NCBI GenBank assembly: GCA_963708025.1
Contig: CAVPSB010000014.1
Span: 64,001 to 128,000, forward strand
Direction: 5' to 3'
From: an uncultured Candidatus Rokubacteria bacterium
GTDB lineage: Bacteria > Methylomirabilota > Methylomirabilia > Rokubacteriales > DASRDR01
DNA length: 64,000 nt
This document shows, piece after piece, positions 18,660-27,677 of this stretch. The notes under the pieces are model-generated. The model was given only the letters and a program-made list of their open reading frames with translations. It did not search any database and was not told where the DNA came from. The first letter of the stretch is position 1. Each line of letters begins with the position of its first letter. A program made the translations under genes and the position numbers.

Positions 18660-20027
18660 ATGATCGACGGAGACGTGAGCGGCCGGCTTTCCGAGACGCG
18701 GCCCGAGTCGGCGGCCTGGTACGCGCGGGCGCAGCAGGCGATCGCCGGCGGGGTTGGCCACGACCTCCGCCACGCGAGCCCGATGCCCACCTGCATCTCG
18801 CACGGGCTCGGCGCCTACAAGTGGGACGTCAACGGCCATCGCTACATCGACTACGGGCTCGGCAACGCCGCCCTCCTGCTGGGCCACGCCCATCCCGCCA
18901 TCGTCGCCGCCGTCCGGGAGGCGGTCGGCCGCGGGACCCACTTCGGGAACGACCACCCGGACCAGGTGCGGTGGGCGGAGGCGATCACGCGGCTGGTCCC
19001 GTGCGCCGAGCGCGTCCGCTTCGTGAACTCGGGCAGCGAGGCCAACATGCTCGCCGCGCGCCTGGCCCGGGCCTTCAGCGGGCGGGGGAAGCTCCTGCGC
19101 TTCGAGGGTCACTTCCACGGCTGGCACGACGACCTCGTCAGCGGCTTCGCGTGTCCCTTCGACGCGCCGACCAGCCTGGGACTCGCCCCCGGGACGGCGC
19201 TCGGCTCGATCATGATCCCGGCCAACGACCTCGACCGGCTCGATCGGACCCTGCGGGCGGACCGCGACGTGGCCGCCATCATCCTCGAGCCCTCGGGCGC
19301 CTCGTGGGGGACGGTGCCGCTCGCCCCCGGCTTCCTGGCCGGCGTCCGCGAGCTGGCGACCCGCCACGGCGTGCTCCTCATCTTCGACGAGGTGATCACC
19401 GGCTTCCGCTGGGCGCCCGGCGGAGCCCAGGAGCGGTCCGGGGTGACGCCCGACCTCTCGACCCACGCCAAGGTGATCGCCGGCGGGATGCCCGGCGCCG
19501 CCGTCTGCGGTCGGGCCGACGTCATGGACCTGATGACGATCCGCGGGGACGCGCGCCGCGATCGCCACCAGCGGGTGCTCCACCTCGGGACGTTCAACGC
19601 CAACCCGGTGTCGGCCGCCGCTGCCCTGGCCTGTCTCGACATCGTGTCCACCGGCCAGCCCCAGCGCCACGCCGACGCGATCGCGGCCCGGCTGCGCGAG
19701 GAGCTGGATGCCGTCCTCGACCGCCGCGGGATCGCCGGCTACGTCTACGGCGAGGCCTCGACGTTCCACGTCTACCTGGAGGCCGCCCCCGGGAGCGGTC
19801 GCCCTCGCGAGGCCCTCCGCACGCTCGACGCCGTCACGCTCAAGTCGATCCCCGGGTCCGTGGTCGCCGCCGTCCAGAACGGCTTGCGAGCGCGCGGCAT
19901 GGAGCTGATGAGCTACACGGGCGGCGTCACCAGCGCGGCCCACACCGAGGCCGACGTGGCGGAGACGGTGGCCGCCTTCGACGACCTGGTGGGCGAGCTG
20001 GCCGGCACGGTGCTCGCCAAGGCCTGA
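18660..20027 (+). CDS. Class III PLP aminotransferase (glutamate-1-semialdehyde aminomutase-like)
   Basis: FVNSGSEAN, FEGHFHG, LIFDEVITGFR, STHAKVIAGG. Confidence 0.9.
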   Translation: MIDGDVSGRLSETRPESAAWYARAQQAIAGGVGHDLRHASPMPTCISHGLGAYKWDVNGHRYIDYGLGNAALLLGHAHPAIVAAVREAVGRGTHFGNDHPDQVRWAEAITRLVPCAERVRFVNSGSEANMLAARLARAFSGRGKLLRFEGHFHGWHDDLVSGFACPFDAPTSLGLAPGTALGSIMIPANDLDRLDRTLRADRDVAAIILEPSGASWGTVPLAPGFLAGVRELATRHGVLLIFDEVITGFRWAPGGAQERSGVTPDLSTHAKVIAGGMPGAAVCGRADVMDLMTIRGDARRDRHQRVLHLGTFNANPVSAAAALACLDIVSTGQPQRHADAIAARLREELDAVLDRRGIAGYVYGEASTFHVYLEAAPGSGRPREALRTLDAVTLKSIPGSVVAAVQNGLRARGMELMSYTGGVTSAAHTEADVAETVAAFDDLVGELAGTVLAKA

Positions 20028-20039
20028 CGGCATCCGGGC

Positions 20040-20777
20040 GTGAGGCTTCGCGGCAAGGCGACGGCGGTGACGGGCGCCACGCGCGGCATCGGCCGCGCGA
20101 TCGCGCTGGCGTTCGCCCGGGAGGGCGCCGACGTCCTCGTCAACGGGCGCGACGTGACGGCGGGCGCCAAGGTGTGCGCGGAGATCGAGGCCCTCGGCCG
20201 CCGCGCGGTCTGGCACGCGGCCGATCTCGGCCGGGTCGCCGAGGCCCGGGGCGTGGTGGCGGCGGCGGTCGCGGCCTTCGGCCGGCTCGACGTGCTGGTG
20301 AACAACGCGGGCTTGTTCGAGCGGAAGCCGGCCCTCGAGATGGAAGAGGCCGACTGGGACCGCCTGCTCGACGTGAACCTGAAGGGCGCCTTCTTCTGCG
20401 CCCAGGCCGCCGCCCGGGCGATGCGCGGCCGCGGCGGGGTCATCGTGAACGTGGCCTCCGACGCCGCCTGGAGCGGCGGGCTCAACCCCTGCGCCCACTA
20501 CGCGGCGTCCAAGGCCGGGCTCGTCTCGATCACGCGCTCGCTGGCCAAGGAGCTGGCGCCCCACGGGATCCGCGTCAACGCGCTCGCCCCCGGCCTCATC
20601 GCCACCGAGATGGGGGGCACCGCCGGCTCGACGCTCCCGGGCCTGGTCATCCCGCTCGGCCGCGAGGGGACGCCGGAGGAGGTGGCGGCCTCCACCGTCT
20701 TCCTCGCCTCGGACGAGGCCAGCTACGTGACCGGCGCCAACTTGAACCTGAGCGGCGGTTTGTTCCTCGACCGATGA
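20040..20777 (+). CDS. Short-chain dehydrogenase/reductase (FabG-like)
   Basis: TGATRGIG, NNAG, YAASK. Confidence 0.92.
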   Translation: MRLRGKATAVTGATRGIGRAIALAFAREGADVLVNGRDVTAGAKVCAEIEALGRRAVWHAADLGRVAEARGVVAAAVAAFGRLDVLVNNAGLFERKPALEMEEADWDRLLDVNLKGAFFCAQAAARAMRGRGGVIVNVASDAAWSGGLNPCAHYAASKAGLVSITRSLAKELAPHGIRVNALAPGLIATEMGGTAGSTLPGLVIPLGREGTPEEVAASTVFLASDEASYVTGANLNLSGGLFLDR

Positions 20778-20784
20778 GTTCTGA

Positions 20785-21627
20785 ATGAGCCCCATCATCG
20801 ACTCGCACCTCCACGTCTGGGACGAGACGGCGGCCGGGAAGGACCCGGGGCCGATGACGAACGCCTACAGCCCCCAGTCCCCGGCGCCGGTGGAGCTGTT
20901 CCGCGACTACATGGACGAGGCCGGCGTCCAGCGGGCCGTGTTCGTCCAGCCCTGGTTCTACCACTGGGACAACGCGTACATGGCCCGCTGCCTCCAGCGC
21001 GACCCGGACCGGTTCCGCGGCGTCTGCGTCATCGACCCCCGTGGCCCCGCGGCGCCCGAGGCGCTGCGGCGCTGGCGGGCCCAGGGGGTGACGGGTATCC
21101 GGCTGCGCGAGCGCCGCGCGGGCGAGGACCCGGCGCCCGGACCCTGGTTCGGGACCGACGAGACGCTCCCGCTCTGGGAGGCGATCGCCGAGACTGGCAC
21201 GATCGTCTGCCCGCTGTCCGTGGGGCCCGAGCTGACCCGCCTCCACGACCTCCTGCGGCGCTTCCCCTCGGTCCGGGTGGTCGTGGACCACCTCAACAAC
21301 CCGGTCCCGGCCGAGGGCCTCGGGCAGCCGGCCTTCCAGGCGCTCCTCGACGTCGCCCGCCTGCCCCAGGTCCACGCCAAGCTTTCCGGCTTCCACCACT
21401 GGTGCCGCGAGCGCTACCCTTATCCGGACGCGATGCCGTTCGTGGAGGCGGTGGTCAAAGCCTTCGGGGCGGAGCGGTGCATGTGGGGCTCCGACTTCCC
21501 CCACGTGCTGGCCGGCTGCGGCTACGTCCGCAACCGGAACCTGCTGCCCCGGGCGCTGCGATCCCTGTCGAAGCCGGAGCTGGACGCGATCATGGGGGGA
21601 ACGGCTGAACGCGTGTGGTTCTCGTAG
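20785..21627 (+). CDS. Amidohydrolase_2 family protein (lactonase-like)
   Basis: IDSHLHVW, VVDHL, KLSG, MWGSDFP. Confidence 0.9.
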   Translation: MSPIIDSHLHVWDETAAGKDPGPMTNAYSPQSPAPVELFRDYMDEAGVQRAVFVQPWFYHWDNAYMARCLQRDPDRFRGVCVIDPRGPAAPEALRRWRAQGVTGIRLRERRAGEDPAPGPWFGTDETLPLWEAIAETGTIVCPLSVGPELTRLHDLLRRFPSVRVVVDHLNNPVPAEGLGQPAFQALLDVARLPQVHAKLSGFHHWCRERYPYPDAMPFVEAVVKAFGAERCMWGSDFPHVLAGCGYVRNRNLLPRALRSLSKPELDAIMGGTAERVWFS

Positions 21628-21662
21628 GTTAACCGGCAACCATCAAGAGAAAGGACGAGCCA

Positions 21663-22010
21663 GTGAGCATCGACCGTCATGGCGTGGGGGCGCGGCTGAG
21701 CCAGGGCGTGAAGCACGGAGACACCATCTACATCGCGGGCCAGGTAGCCGACGACCCGTCGGCCGGCGCCAAGGGACAGACCGAGCAGATCCTCCGGAAG
21801 ATCGACGCGGTGCTCGCGCACTTCGGCAGCCACAAGTCGAAGCTCCTGTCCGCCACCGTGTATGTGGGCAGCATGGGCTCCTACGACGAGATGAACGCGG
21901 CCTGGGACACCTGGGTGGAGAAGGGGCAGGCGCCGGCCCGGGCGACCGTCGAGACCCGGCTGGCCCGACCCCAGTACCTGGTCGAGATCGCCGCCATCGC
22001 GGCGGCGTGA
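21663..22010 (+). CDS. RidA/YjgF family protein (Rid2/YoaB-like)
   Basis: YIAGQVA, MNAAWDTW, APARATVE, VEIAAIA. Confidence 0.92.
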   Translation: MSIDRHGVGARLSQGVKHGDTIYIAGQVADDPSAGAKGQTEQILRKIDAVLAHFGSHKSKLLSATVYVGSMGSYDEMNAAWDTWVEKGQAPARATVETRLARPQYLVEIAAIAAA

Positions 22011-22075
22011 CGCCAGGCTCCCAGGGGGCGTCATGAACACACCGGAAGGAGCTGGCGGGGGCGCGGGCGAGCGGC

Positions 22076-23218
22076 GTGCCCGCCTCGCTGATCCGCCACA
22101 TGTACGATGCCGCCCAGGACGTCCCGGGCGCGGTCAGCCTGGCCGTCGGCGAGCCGGATTTCCCGACGCCGGCCCACATCGTGGAGGCGGGCCAGGCGGC
22201 GCTCCGGGACGGCTGGACCCGCTACTCGCCGAACGCTGGCTACCGGGATCTGCGCGAGGCCATCGCCGGGAAGCTCCGCCGGGTGAACGGCCTCGACGTG
22301 GACCCGGAGACCCAGGTCTTCGTCACGGTGGGCGCGATGAACGCCCTCATGCTGACGTTCCTGGTCGGCCTCGACCCCGGCGACGAGGTCATCGTCACCG
22401 ATCCGTGCTACTGCAACTACGTCTCCCAGATCGCGCTGGCCGGGGCCCGACCGGTGTTCGTGCGCGTCGCCCCCGAGAACGGCTATCTGCCGGCCGTGGA
22501 CGCGCTGGAGGCGGCGATCACGCCGCGAACCCGCGCGATCCTCATCAACAGCCCGGCCAACCCGACCGGCGCCGTGTTCCCGCGCGACCTCCTGCACGCC
22601 ATCGCCGAGCTGGTCGTCCGCCACGACCTGCTGCTGGTCTCCGACGAGGCGTACGAGGCGCTGGTCTACGGCGACATCCGCAGCGTGAGCCCGGCGGCCT
22701 TCCCCGGGCTGGCCGACCGGACGGTCTCCATCTACTCCTTCTCCAAGGAGTACGCGATGACCGGCTGGCGCGTCGGCTACCTGACCGGCCCCGCGCCGAT
22801 GCTGAAGGTGATGGCGACCGTGCAGGAGCAGGTAGCCTCGTGCGTGAACGCGGGCGCCCAGCGGGCGGCGCTGGCGGCCCTCACCGGGCCTCAGGACTGC
22901 GTCGAGGCGATGCGGCAGGCGTACCAGCGGCGCCGGGACCTGATCGTCGAGCGGCTCAACCGGATCCCCGGCGTCCGCTGCCCCCGGCCCGACGGCGCCT
23001 TCTACGTCTTCCCCGACGTCCGGGCGATCACCCACGACACGAAGACGCTCGCCGAGCGGCTCCTCTTCGACCACAAGGTGGTCGTCTCGCCCGGCGAGGC
23101 CTTCGGCCCCGACTCGGCCGGCTTCCTCCGGCTGTCCTACGCCCCGTCGGAGGACGCGATCAACGAGGCCGTCGACCGCCTCGAGGCCGGCCTCGCCCGC
23201 GCGCGGAGCCAAGCCTAG
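22076..23218 (+). CDS. Class I/II PLP aminotransferase (aspartate aminotransferase-like); the true start may be the ATG at 22033 with an indel
   Basis: GEPDF, INSPANPTG, SDEAY, SFSKEYAMTGWRVG. Confidence 0.92.
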   Translation: MPASLIRHMYDAAQDVPGAVSLAVGEPDFPTPAHIVEAGQAALRDGWTRYSPNAGYRDLREAIAGKLRRVNGLDVDPETQVFVTVGAMNALMLTFLVGLDPGDEVIVTDPCYCNYVSQIALAGARPVFVRVAPENGYLPAVDALEAAITPRTRAILINSPANPTGAVFPRDLLHAIAELVVRHDLLLVSDEAYEALVYGDIRSVSPAAFPGLADRTVSIYSFSKEYAMTGWRVGYLTGPAPMLKVMATVQEQVASCVNAGAQRAALAALTGPQDCVEAMRQAYQRRRDLIVERLNRIPGVRCPRPDGAFYVFPDVRAITHDTKTLAERLLFDHKVVVSPGEAFGPDSAGFLRLSYAPSEDAINEAVDRLEAGLARARSQA

Positions 23219-23221
23219 CCC

Positions 23222-23270
23222 CCTCTCCGCTCCCTCTCCCTTCCAGGGAGAGGGTTGGGGTGAGGGTCGA
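23222..23270 (+). repeat. Family B (BoxC-like) palindromic repeat
   Basis: CCCTCTCCCTTCCAGGGAGAGGGTTGGGGTGAGGG; 48 of 49 nt identical to 41578-41626. Confidence 0.9.
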
Positions 23271-23409
23271 GGTCCTGGACGACATCGCGACCTACGCGCG
23301 CCTCGGCGTGAGCGAGCTGATCTTCGACTTCCGGAGCGAGCGGCTGGAGGAGAGCCTGGAGCGCATGGAGCGCTCTGGCGCGCTCGTGAAGCCCGAGCGC
23401 GCCGGCTGA
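23266..23409 (+). pseudogene. C-terminal remnant, probably of an LLM-class flavin/F420-dependent oxidoreductase
   Basis: VLDDIATYARLGVSELIFDFRSERLEESLERMER with coding-like codon usage and no start; begins at the edge of the repeat. Confidence 0.5.
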
Positions 23410-23466
23410 GAGGGTTCGCTGAGTCGAAGGTCAGACTGAGAGTCGCGGCGTCCAGGGCCCCGGTCC

Positions 23467-23492
23467 TGTTGCGTGTTGCGCAACACGCAACA
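23467..23492. promoter_or_regulatory. Perfect 26-bp palindrome, operator-like
   Basis: TGTTGCGTGTTGCGCAACACGCAACA equals its own reverse complement. Confidence 0.5.
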
Positions 23493-23747
23493 CGAAGGCG
23501 TCGGCGGCCGAGAGGAAGCGTCGCCGGGTCGGCTCACCGCTGCGCCCGCGCGTGCACGTCCGCTCCTCCGTCGCCGCTCTAGGTGAGCCACGTCACGCCG
23601 AGCAGATGCCCGGGCAGCGCCATGGTCCGCGCGCTCCCCCTCTCGATGCCGATGGGCCGGCCAGCCTCGGCTTGACGCGGTTAGTCATTGCGTTGCCGCC
23701 TCGGCCACCGCGGCGTCGTGCGCGTAAAGCCAGCCGATCGCCGGAAT

Positions 23748-23850
23748 CGAACACCTGAACGTCGAACCCGGCGTGCAGCAGCGAGAGCGCCGCCGCCAGG
23801 CCGCCGATGCCCCCGCCGACGACGGCAACGGACAGCTCGCCCGGGCTCAT
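23748..23850 (-). pseudogene. N-terminal remnant of an FAD-dependent monooxygenase
   Basis: MSPGELSVAVVGGGIGGLAAALSLLHAGFDVQVF (GxGxxG dinucleotide fold), after which similarity is lost. Confidence 0.7.
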
Positions 23851-23980
23851 CCCATCTCGATCGGTAGCGAGGGGTCTTTCGATGCCGTCTAGGATCCTAG
23901 CGAAATCGGCCGGCTGGGACACCTCCATCGTGCTGGCCGTGATCTCGATGGCCGCGATGGCCTTGGCGTCCGAATGAGCC

Positions 23981-24631
23981 CTACAATGGCGCCGGGGCGT
24001 AGAGGACGAAGCGCATCGACGTGGGGTTGTGGGCGTTGGTCGGGGTGATGTCGGAGGGGCAGGCCGAGTTGGCGACGACGAGGTCCATCTCGGCCAGGAG
24101 GTCCGCGTAGTCGCCGGCCTTCGACACCGGCGCCATCGGCACGAGGGTGCCGTCGGGATCGACCGGCCACCGCATGAACAGGTTGAACGAGAAGGGGATC
24201 TCCCGCGCGGCCATGCCCCAGGGGGCCATCGCCTCGGCCAGGTTGCCGCGGCAGCTCCGGTGCGGGGCGTGGTGGTCGAGGCGGTTCCGGTAGTACTCGT
24301 CGCTGCAGGAGCCACAGATCAGGTCGTGGACCCCGACCGTGTCGGCGACGAGCCGCATCATGGGCCGGCCCCGGTCCGACACGAGCGCGGCGCCCACCTT
24401 CGGGTAGATCGTCCGGTTGAACAGCACCGTGTTCTGGGGCGAGTAGCGCTCGGCCAGGTCGTGGCGGTTGAAGCAGACCAGGTCGCCGACCTGCTGGCCC
24501 TCGACGTCGATCACCCGGAGCGCCTGGCCCCGCGCCACCTCGATGGCCGCCCCGTGGCGCGCCGGGATCTCCACGACCTGCAGCACGCGCCCCGGGACCG
24601 GGTCCTTCCCCGTCTGGCTCGACGACGTCAT
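23981..24631 (-). CDS. DUF1989 / urea-carboxylase-associated family protein
   Basis: VIDVEGQQVGDL, HDLICGSC, SCRGNL, FNLFM, SACPSD. Confidence 0.88.
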   Translation of the reverse strand: MTSSSQTGKDPVPGRVLQVVEIPARHGAAIEVARGQALRVIDVEGQQVGDLVCFNRHDLAERYSPQNTVLFNRTIYPKVGAALVSDRGRPMMRLVADTVGVHDLICGSCSDEYYRNRLDHHAPHRSCRGNLAEAMAPWGMAAREIPFSFNLFMRWPVDPDGTLVPMAPVSKAGDYADLLAEMDLVVANSACPSDITPTNAHNPTSMRFVLYAPAPL

Positions 24632-25372
24632 CGGTCGGCTCCTCCTTCGCCGTTCCGGGTGAGCCACGTCACGCCGAGCGGGCGCCCGGGCAGCGTGATG
24701 GCTCGCTCGCTCGATACCTCGATGCCGATCGGCCCCTCCTCGGCCCCCGGGTCGATCTCGACCGCGATCCGCATGGGCGAGCCCGGCCAGCGGTAGACGA
24801 GCTCGCCGTCCTCGCCGGCCGAGGCCTCGCCCTGGAGCACGGTCTCCCACTGGGCCCGCGCCCGCTCCCGGGAGTGCGCCCGCAGCCGGAGGCCGAGGAC
24901 GGTGACGGGCGGGGGCGGGGCGGCCGGCCCCGGCGGGATCGGCATGCGGAAGGGTGGCCGGTCGTCGGGGCCGGCGGCCTCGGCGAGCTGCACCACGATG
25001 CCCAGCGCTCGGCGGGGGTGGAGGAACGCTTCCTTCCAGCTGGGGCGGGACTCGTCGCGCCCGACGACCTCGTAGCCGAGCCCTTGCGCGCGCCGGCAGG
25101 CGCCGTCGAGGCTCGGGACCTTGAAGGTCACGTGGTGGATGCCGGGTCCGCGCTGGGCCAGGAAGCGGTGGAGGAAGCCGTCCGCGCCGCTCGGCTCCAG
25201 GATCTCGACGCGCCCACCGCCCGCGAAGAGCCAGCAGCCCCAGTTGAAGCCGCGCGAGGGCGAGGCGGCCTCGGGCACGCCGCCCAGCGCGCCGACTACC
25301 ACCGGCCGGCGCGTCGGCGATCCGCGGCAGCCCGATCGCGATGTGGTCGAAGACGATCCCGCGTGCGCTCAT
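24628..25372 (-). CDS. VOC/glyoxalase (methylmalonyl-CoA epimerase-like) protein; frameshift near 25305
   Basis: FDHIAIG, VEILEP, GPGIHHVTFKV, EAFLHP, VQLAE. Confidence 0.82.
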
Positions 25373-25417
25373 CCCGATCTGGTAGTATAAGGCCGGTTTT
25401 GCCACGAGGAGGCCCGC

Positions 25418-25981
25418 ATGCCGGAATCGATTCCCGCGTCGCTCGTCATCGACACCCTCAAGGACACCTTCCGCGAGGCCCGCGCCGCGCTGGCCGCCGA
25501 GGGCCGGGGCGCGTCGGGGCACGCCGAGCCCCTCGGCTGGGTCCTGAGCGTGCCCGACACCCACCAGCGGACGGTGCTGGCCGCGCTCGACAAGGAGCGG
25601 GCGATCCGGGTCGTCACCTGCTCCACCGAGGACGAGGCCAACGCCATCGCGGCCGGGCTCTACATGGGCGGGGAGCCGTTCGTGCTGATGATCCAGCACG
25701 CCGGGCTCTACGCCTCGATCAACACCCTGCGCGGCGTGGCCATGGACGGCAAGGTGCCCGTGCTCTACCTCATCGGGCTCCTCAGCCGCGAGAAGGACAA
25801 GGACCCGCGCGAGTCGCGTCACTCGATGGTCCGGTTCTGCGAGCCGCTCCTCGACACGTTCGCGGTACCCCACGCGCGGCTGGAGGGCCCGAACGACGTC
25901 CACCTGATCCCCGAGTACTACCGCCTCGCCTGGCAGCGGCGCGGCCCGGCGGCGCTCCTCGTCGGCCTGGAAACCAGCTGA
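25418..25981 (+). CDS. TPP-dependent decarboxylase alpha subunit (sulfopyruvate/phosphonopyruvate decarboxylase ComD-like)
   Basis: SVPDT, TEDEANAIAAGLYMGG, MIQHAGLYASIN. Confidence 0.8.
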   Translation: MPESIPASLVIDTLKDTFREARAALAAEGRGASGHAEPLGWVLSVPDTHQRTVLAALDKERAIRVVTCSTEDEANAIAAGLYMGGEPFVLMIQHAGLYASINTLRGVAMDGKVPVLYLIGLLSREKDKDPRESRHSMVRFCEPLLDTFAVPHARLEGPNDVHLIPEYYRLAWQRRGPAALLVGLETS

Positions 25982-25997
25982 CCCCCCGGTTGACGCC

Positions 25998-26663
25998 ATG
26001 TTCGTCGGCCACCTCGGCGTCGGCCTCGCGCTGCGGCGCGCCGAGGACCAGGTGAGCCTCGGCGTGCTCTTCCCCGCGGCGCTGCTGCTCGACTTCCTGC
26101 TGGGGCTGTTCGTGTGGCTCGGGCTGGAGCGGGTCATCGTCCCGGACGACTACGCGAGGCTCCACTATCTCCGCTTCGAGTTCCCGTACTCGCACGGGCT
26201 CCTCGCCAGCCTCGCCTGGTCGGCCCTCGCGTTCGGCGCGACGGCGGCCTGGCTGCGGGGCCGGCCGCGGCGCGCGCCCGCCGCGGCGGTCGTGGCCCTG
26301 GCGGTCTTCTCGCACTTTCCGTGCGACGCCTTGGAGCACCCGCCCGAGCTGCCGCTGGCCGGGCCGGGGTCCCTCGCGATCGGTTTCGGACTGTGGGATC
26401 ACCTCGGCGTCGCGCTCGGCGTGGAAGCCGCGCTCGTCGCGGCCGGGCTCGTGCTCTACCTCGGCGCCGTCGCCCACCCGGGCCGACGCAAGCGGCTCGC
26501 CCTGGTCGCCGCGATGGTCGCGCTGTCGGCGCTGGCCTTCGGGGGCCAGGCTCTCTCGCCTACCCCGCCGAGCACGACCGCCAACGTCATCGCGTGGCTG
26601 ACGCTGCCGGTCGCCCTCGGCCGGTTCGGGTTCTGGATCGACCGACCCTCACGGGAGGCCTGA
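25998..26663 (+). CDS. Membrane protein, putative metal-dependent hydrolase (YdjM-like)
   Basis: MFVGH, PYSHGL and SHFPCD motifs; multiple TM helices. Confidence 0.75.
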   Translation: MFVGHLGVGLALRRAEDQVSLGVLFPAALLLDFLLGLFVWLGLERVIVPDDYARLHYLRFEFPYSHGLLASLAWSALAFGATAAWLRGRPRRAPAAAVVALAVFSHFPCDALEHPPELPLAGPGSLAIGFGLWDHLGVALGVEAALVAAGLVLYLGAVAHPGRRKRLALVAAMVALSALAFGGQALSPTPPSTTANVIAWLTLPVALGRFGFWIDRPSREA

Positions 26664-26666
26664 CCG

Positions 26667-27239
26667 ATGGCCATGAAGCCGGAAGAGGTGCTCCGCGTCA
26701 TCGCCGCCGCTCGCGGCGACGCGATCTGCGTGCCCACCATGACGACGTCGCCCTCCTGGCGGACGATCGCGCCGGACGATCTCTCGGTGACCTGCGTCGG
26801 CTTCATGGGCGGCGCCTCGTCGCTCGGGCTCGGGCTGGCGCTGGCGCGGCCGGAGCGGCGCGTGATCGTCTTCGACGGGGACGGCTCCCTCCTGATGCAG
26901 CTCGGCTCCCTGGCGACCATCGCCGGCGCGGCCCCGCGGAACCTGCTCCACCTGGTGTTCAAGAACGCGGTCTATCACACCTCGGGCGCCCAGGAGATCC
27001 CGGGCGGGTCGGGGGTGGACTTCGCCGCGATGGCGAAGGGGGCGGGCTACCGGAACGCCTACACGATCGAGGACCTCGACGAGCTCCGGCGGCGCTTGCC
27101 CGCCCTCCTGCGCGAGGAGGGGCCGGTGCTCGTCCAGCTCTCCACCACGCTGGCCGACCAGACGCCGATGACGGCCCCGGGCGGCCGGCCCTTCCCCCAG
27201 CAGGTCCAGGACCTCCGCGCCAAGCTGCTCGCCGGATAG
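26667..27239 (+). CDS. TPP-dependent decarboxylase beta subunit (ComE-like)
   Basis: MGGASSLGLGLALA; TPP motif DGDGSLLM...N; TSGAQ. Confidence 0.85.
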   Translation: MAMKPEEVLRVIAAARGDAICVPTMTTSPSWRTIAPDDLSVTCVGFMGGASSLGLGLALARPERRVIVFDGDGSLLMQLGSLATIAGAAPRNLLHLVFKNAVYHTSGAQEIPGGSGVDFAAMAKGAGYRNAYTIEDLDELRRRLPALLREEGPVLVQLSTTLADQTPMTAPGGRPFPQQVQDLRAKLLAG

Positions 27240-27245
27240 ACCTCA

Positions 27246-27326
27246 GTTCGGGACCTCCCGCCCACCCCCCCAGCCCCCCTCCCCCACCCACCGGGGGGAG
27301 GGGGGAGCCGGAGAACCCCATTCCTT
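27246..27326 (+). repeat. Family A repeat, copy 3
   Basis: GTTCGGGACCTCCCGCCCACCCCCCCAGCCCCCCTCCCCCACCCACCGGGGGGAGGGGGGAGCCGGAGAACCCCATTCCTT. Confidence 0.9.
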
Positions 27327-27466
27327 CACAGGCTCTCACTTTCGTCGGTCCCTCCCGTCAGGGAGAGCGTGGCGCCGAGCTTCAGGTCGGCGGCCATCGC
27401 CGGTGCTCCGGCCCCGAGCAGGACGAGTACGCCGATCATCGCGACCACACCGCGCCGTGTGCTCAT
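27326..27466 (-). pseudogene. N-terminal remnant of a branched-chain amino-acid-type ABC substrate-binding protein (46 aa)
   Basis: SD GGAGGAG, signal peptide ending AMA-ADLKLGATLSLTG, then a stop at the repeat edge. Confidence 0.7.
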
Positions 27467-27540
27467 CGTGGTTTCTCCTCCAGGGGGTCCTCTCGAGGCC
27501 GAGGCCAGGGTTCAGGGGTCTGCCAGGTCCGCTCGCCGCG

Positions 27541-27569
27541 ACCTTACCCGGCAGCCGACCCCTTGTCAA
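27541..27569 (-). promoter_or_regulatory. Putative sigma70 promoter of the truncated SBP
   Basis: TTGACA-N17-TAAGGT on the minus strand. Confidence 0.6.
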
Positions 27570-27677
27570 GGAAGCCACTGCTGGTGAAGCGGGCAGGTAC
27601 TCACGGCCGTCAGGTCGGGGGTGGGGATCACGTTGATCGGAACCCGCGTCGCCAGGGAGGGAGAGGGAGCGGACGGC

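Noticed and set aside
18660-20027. Calling the class III aminotransferases hemL
   Set aside because: There are two divergent paralogues in catabolic contexts, and the typical HemL N-terminal GGVNSPVR motif is absent.
23981-24631. Guanidine carboxylase pathway (CgdAB) with a guanidine riboswitch
   Set aside because: A single DUF1989 gene with no urea carboxylase or allophanate hydrolase, and no room for a riboswitch because it overlaps the upstream VOC gene.
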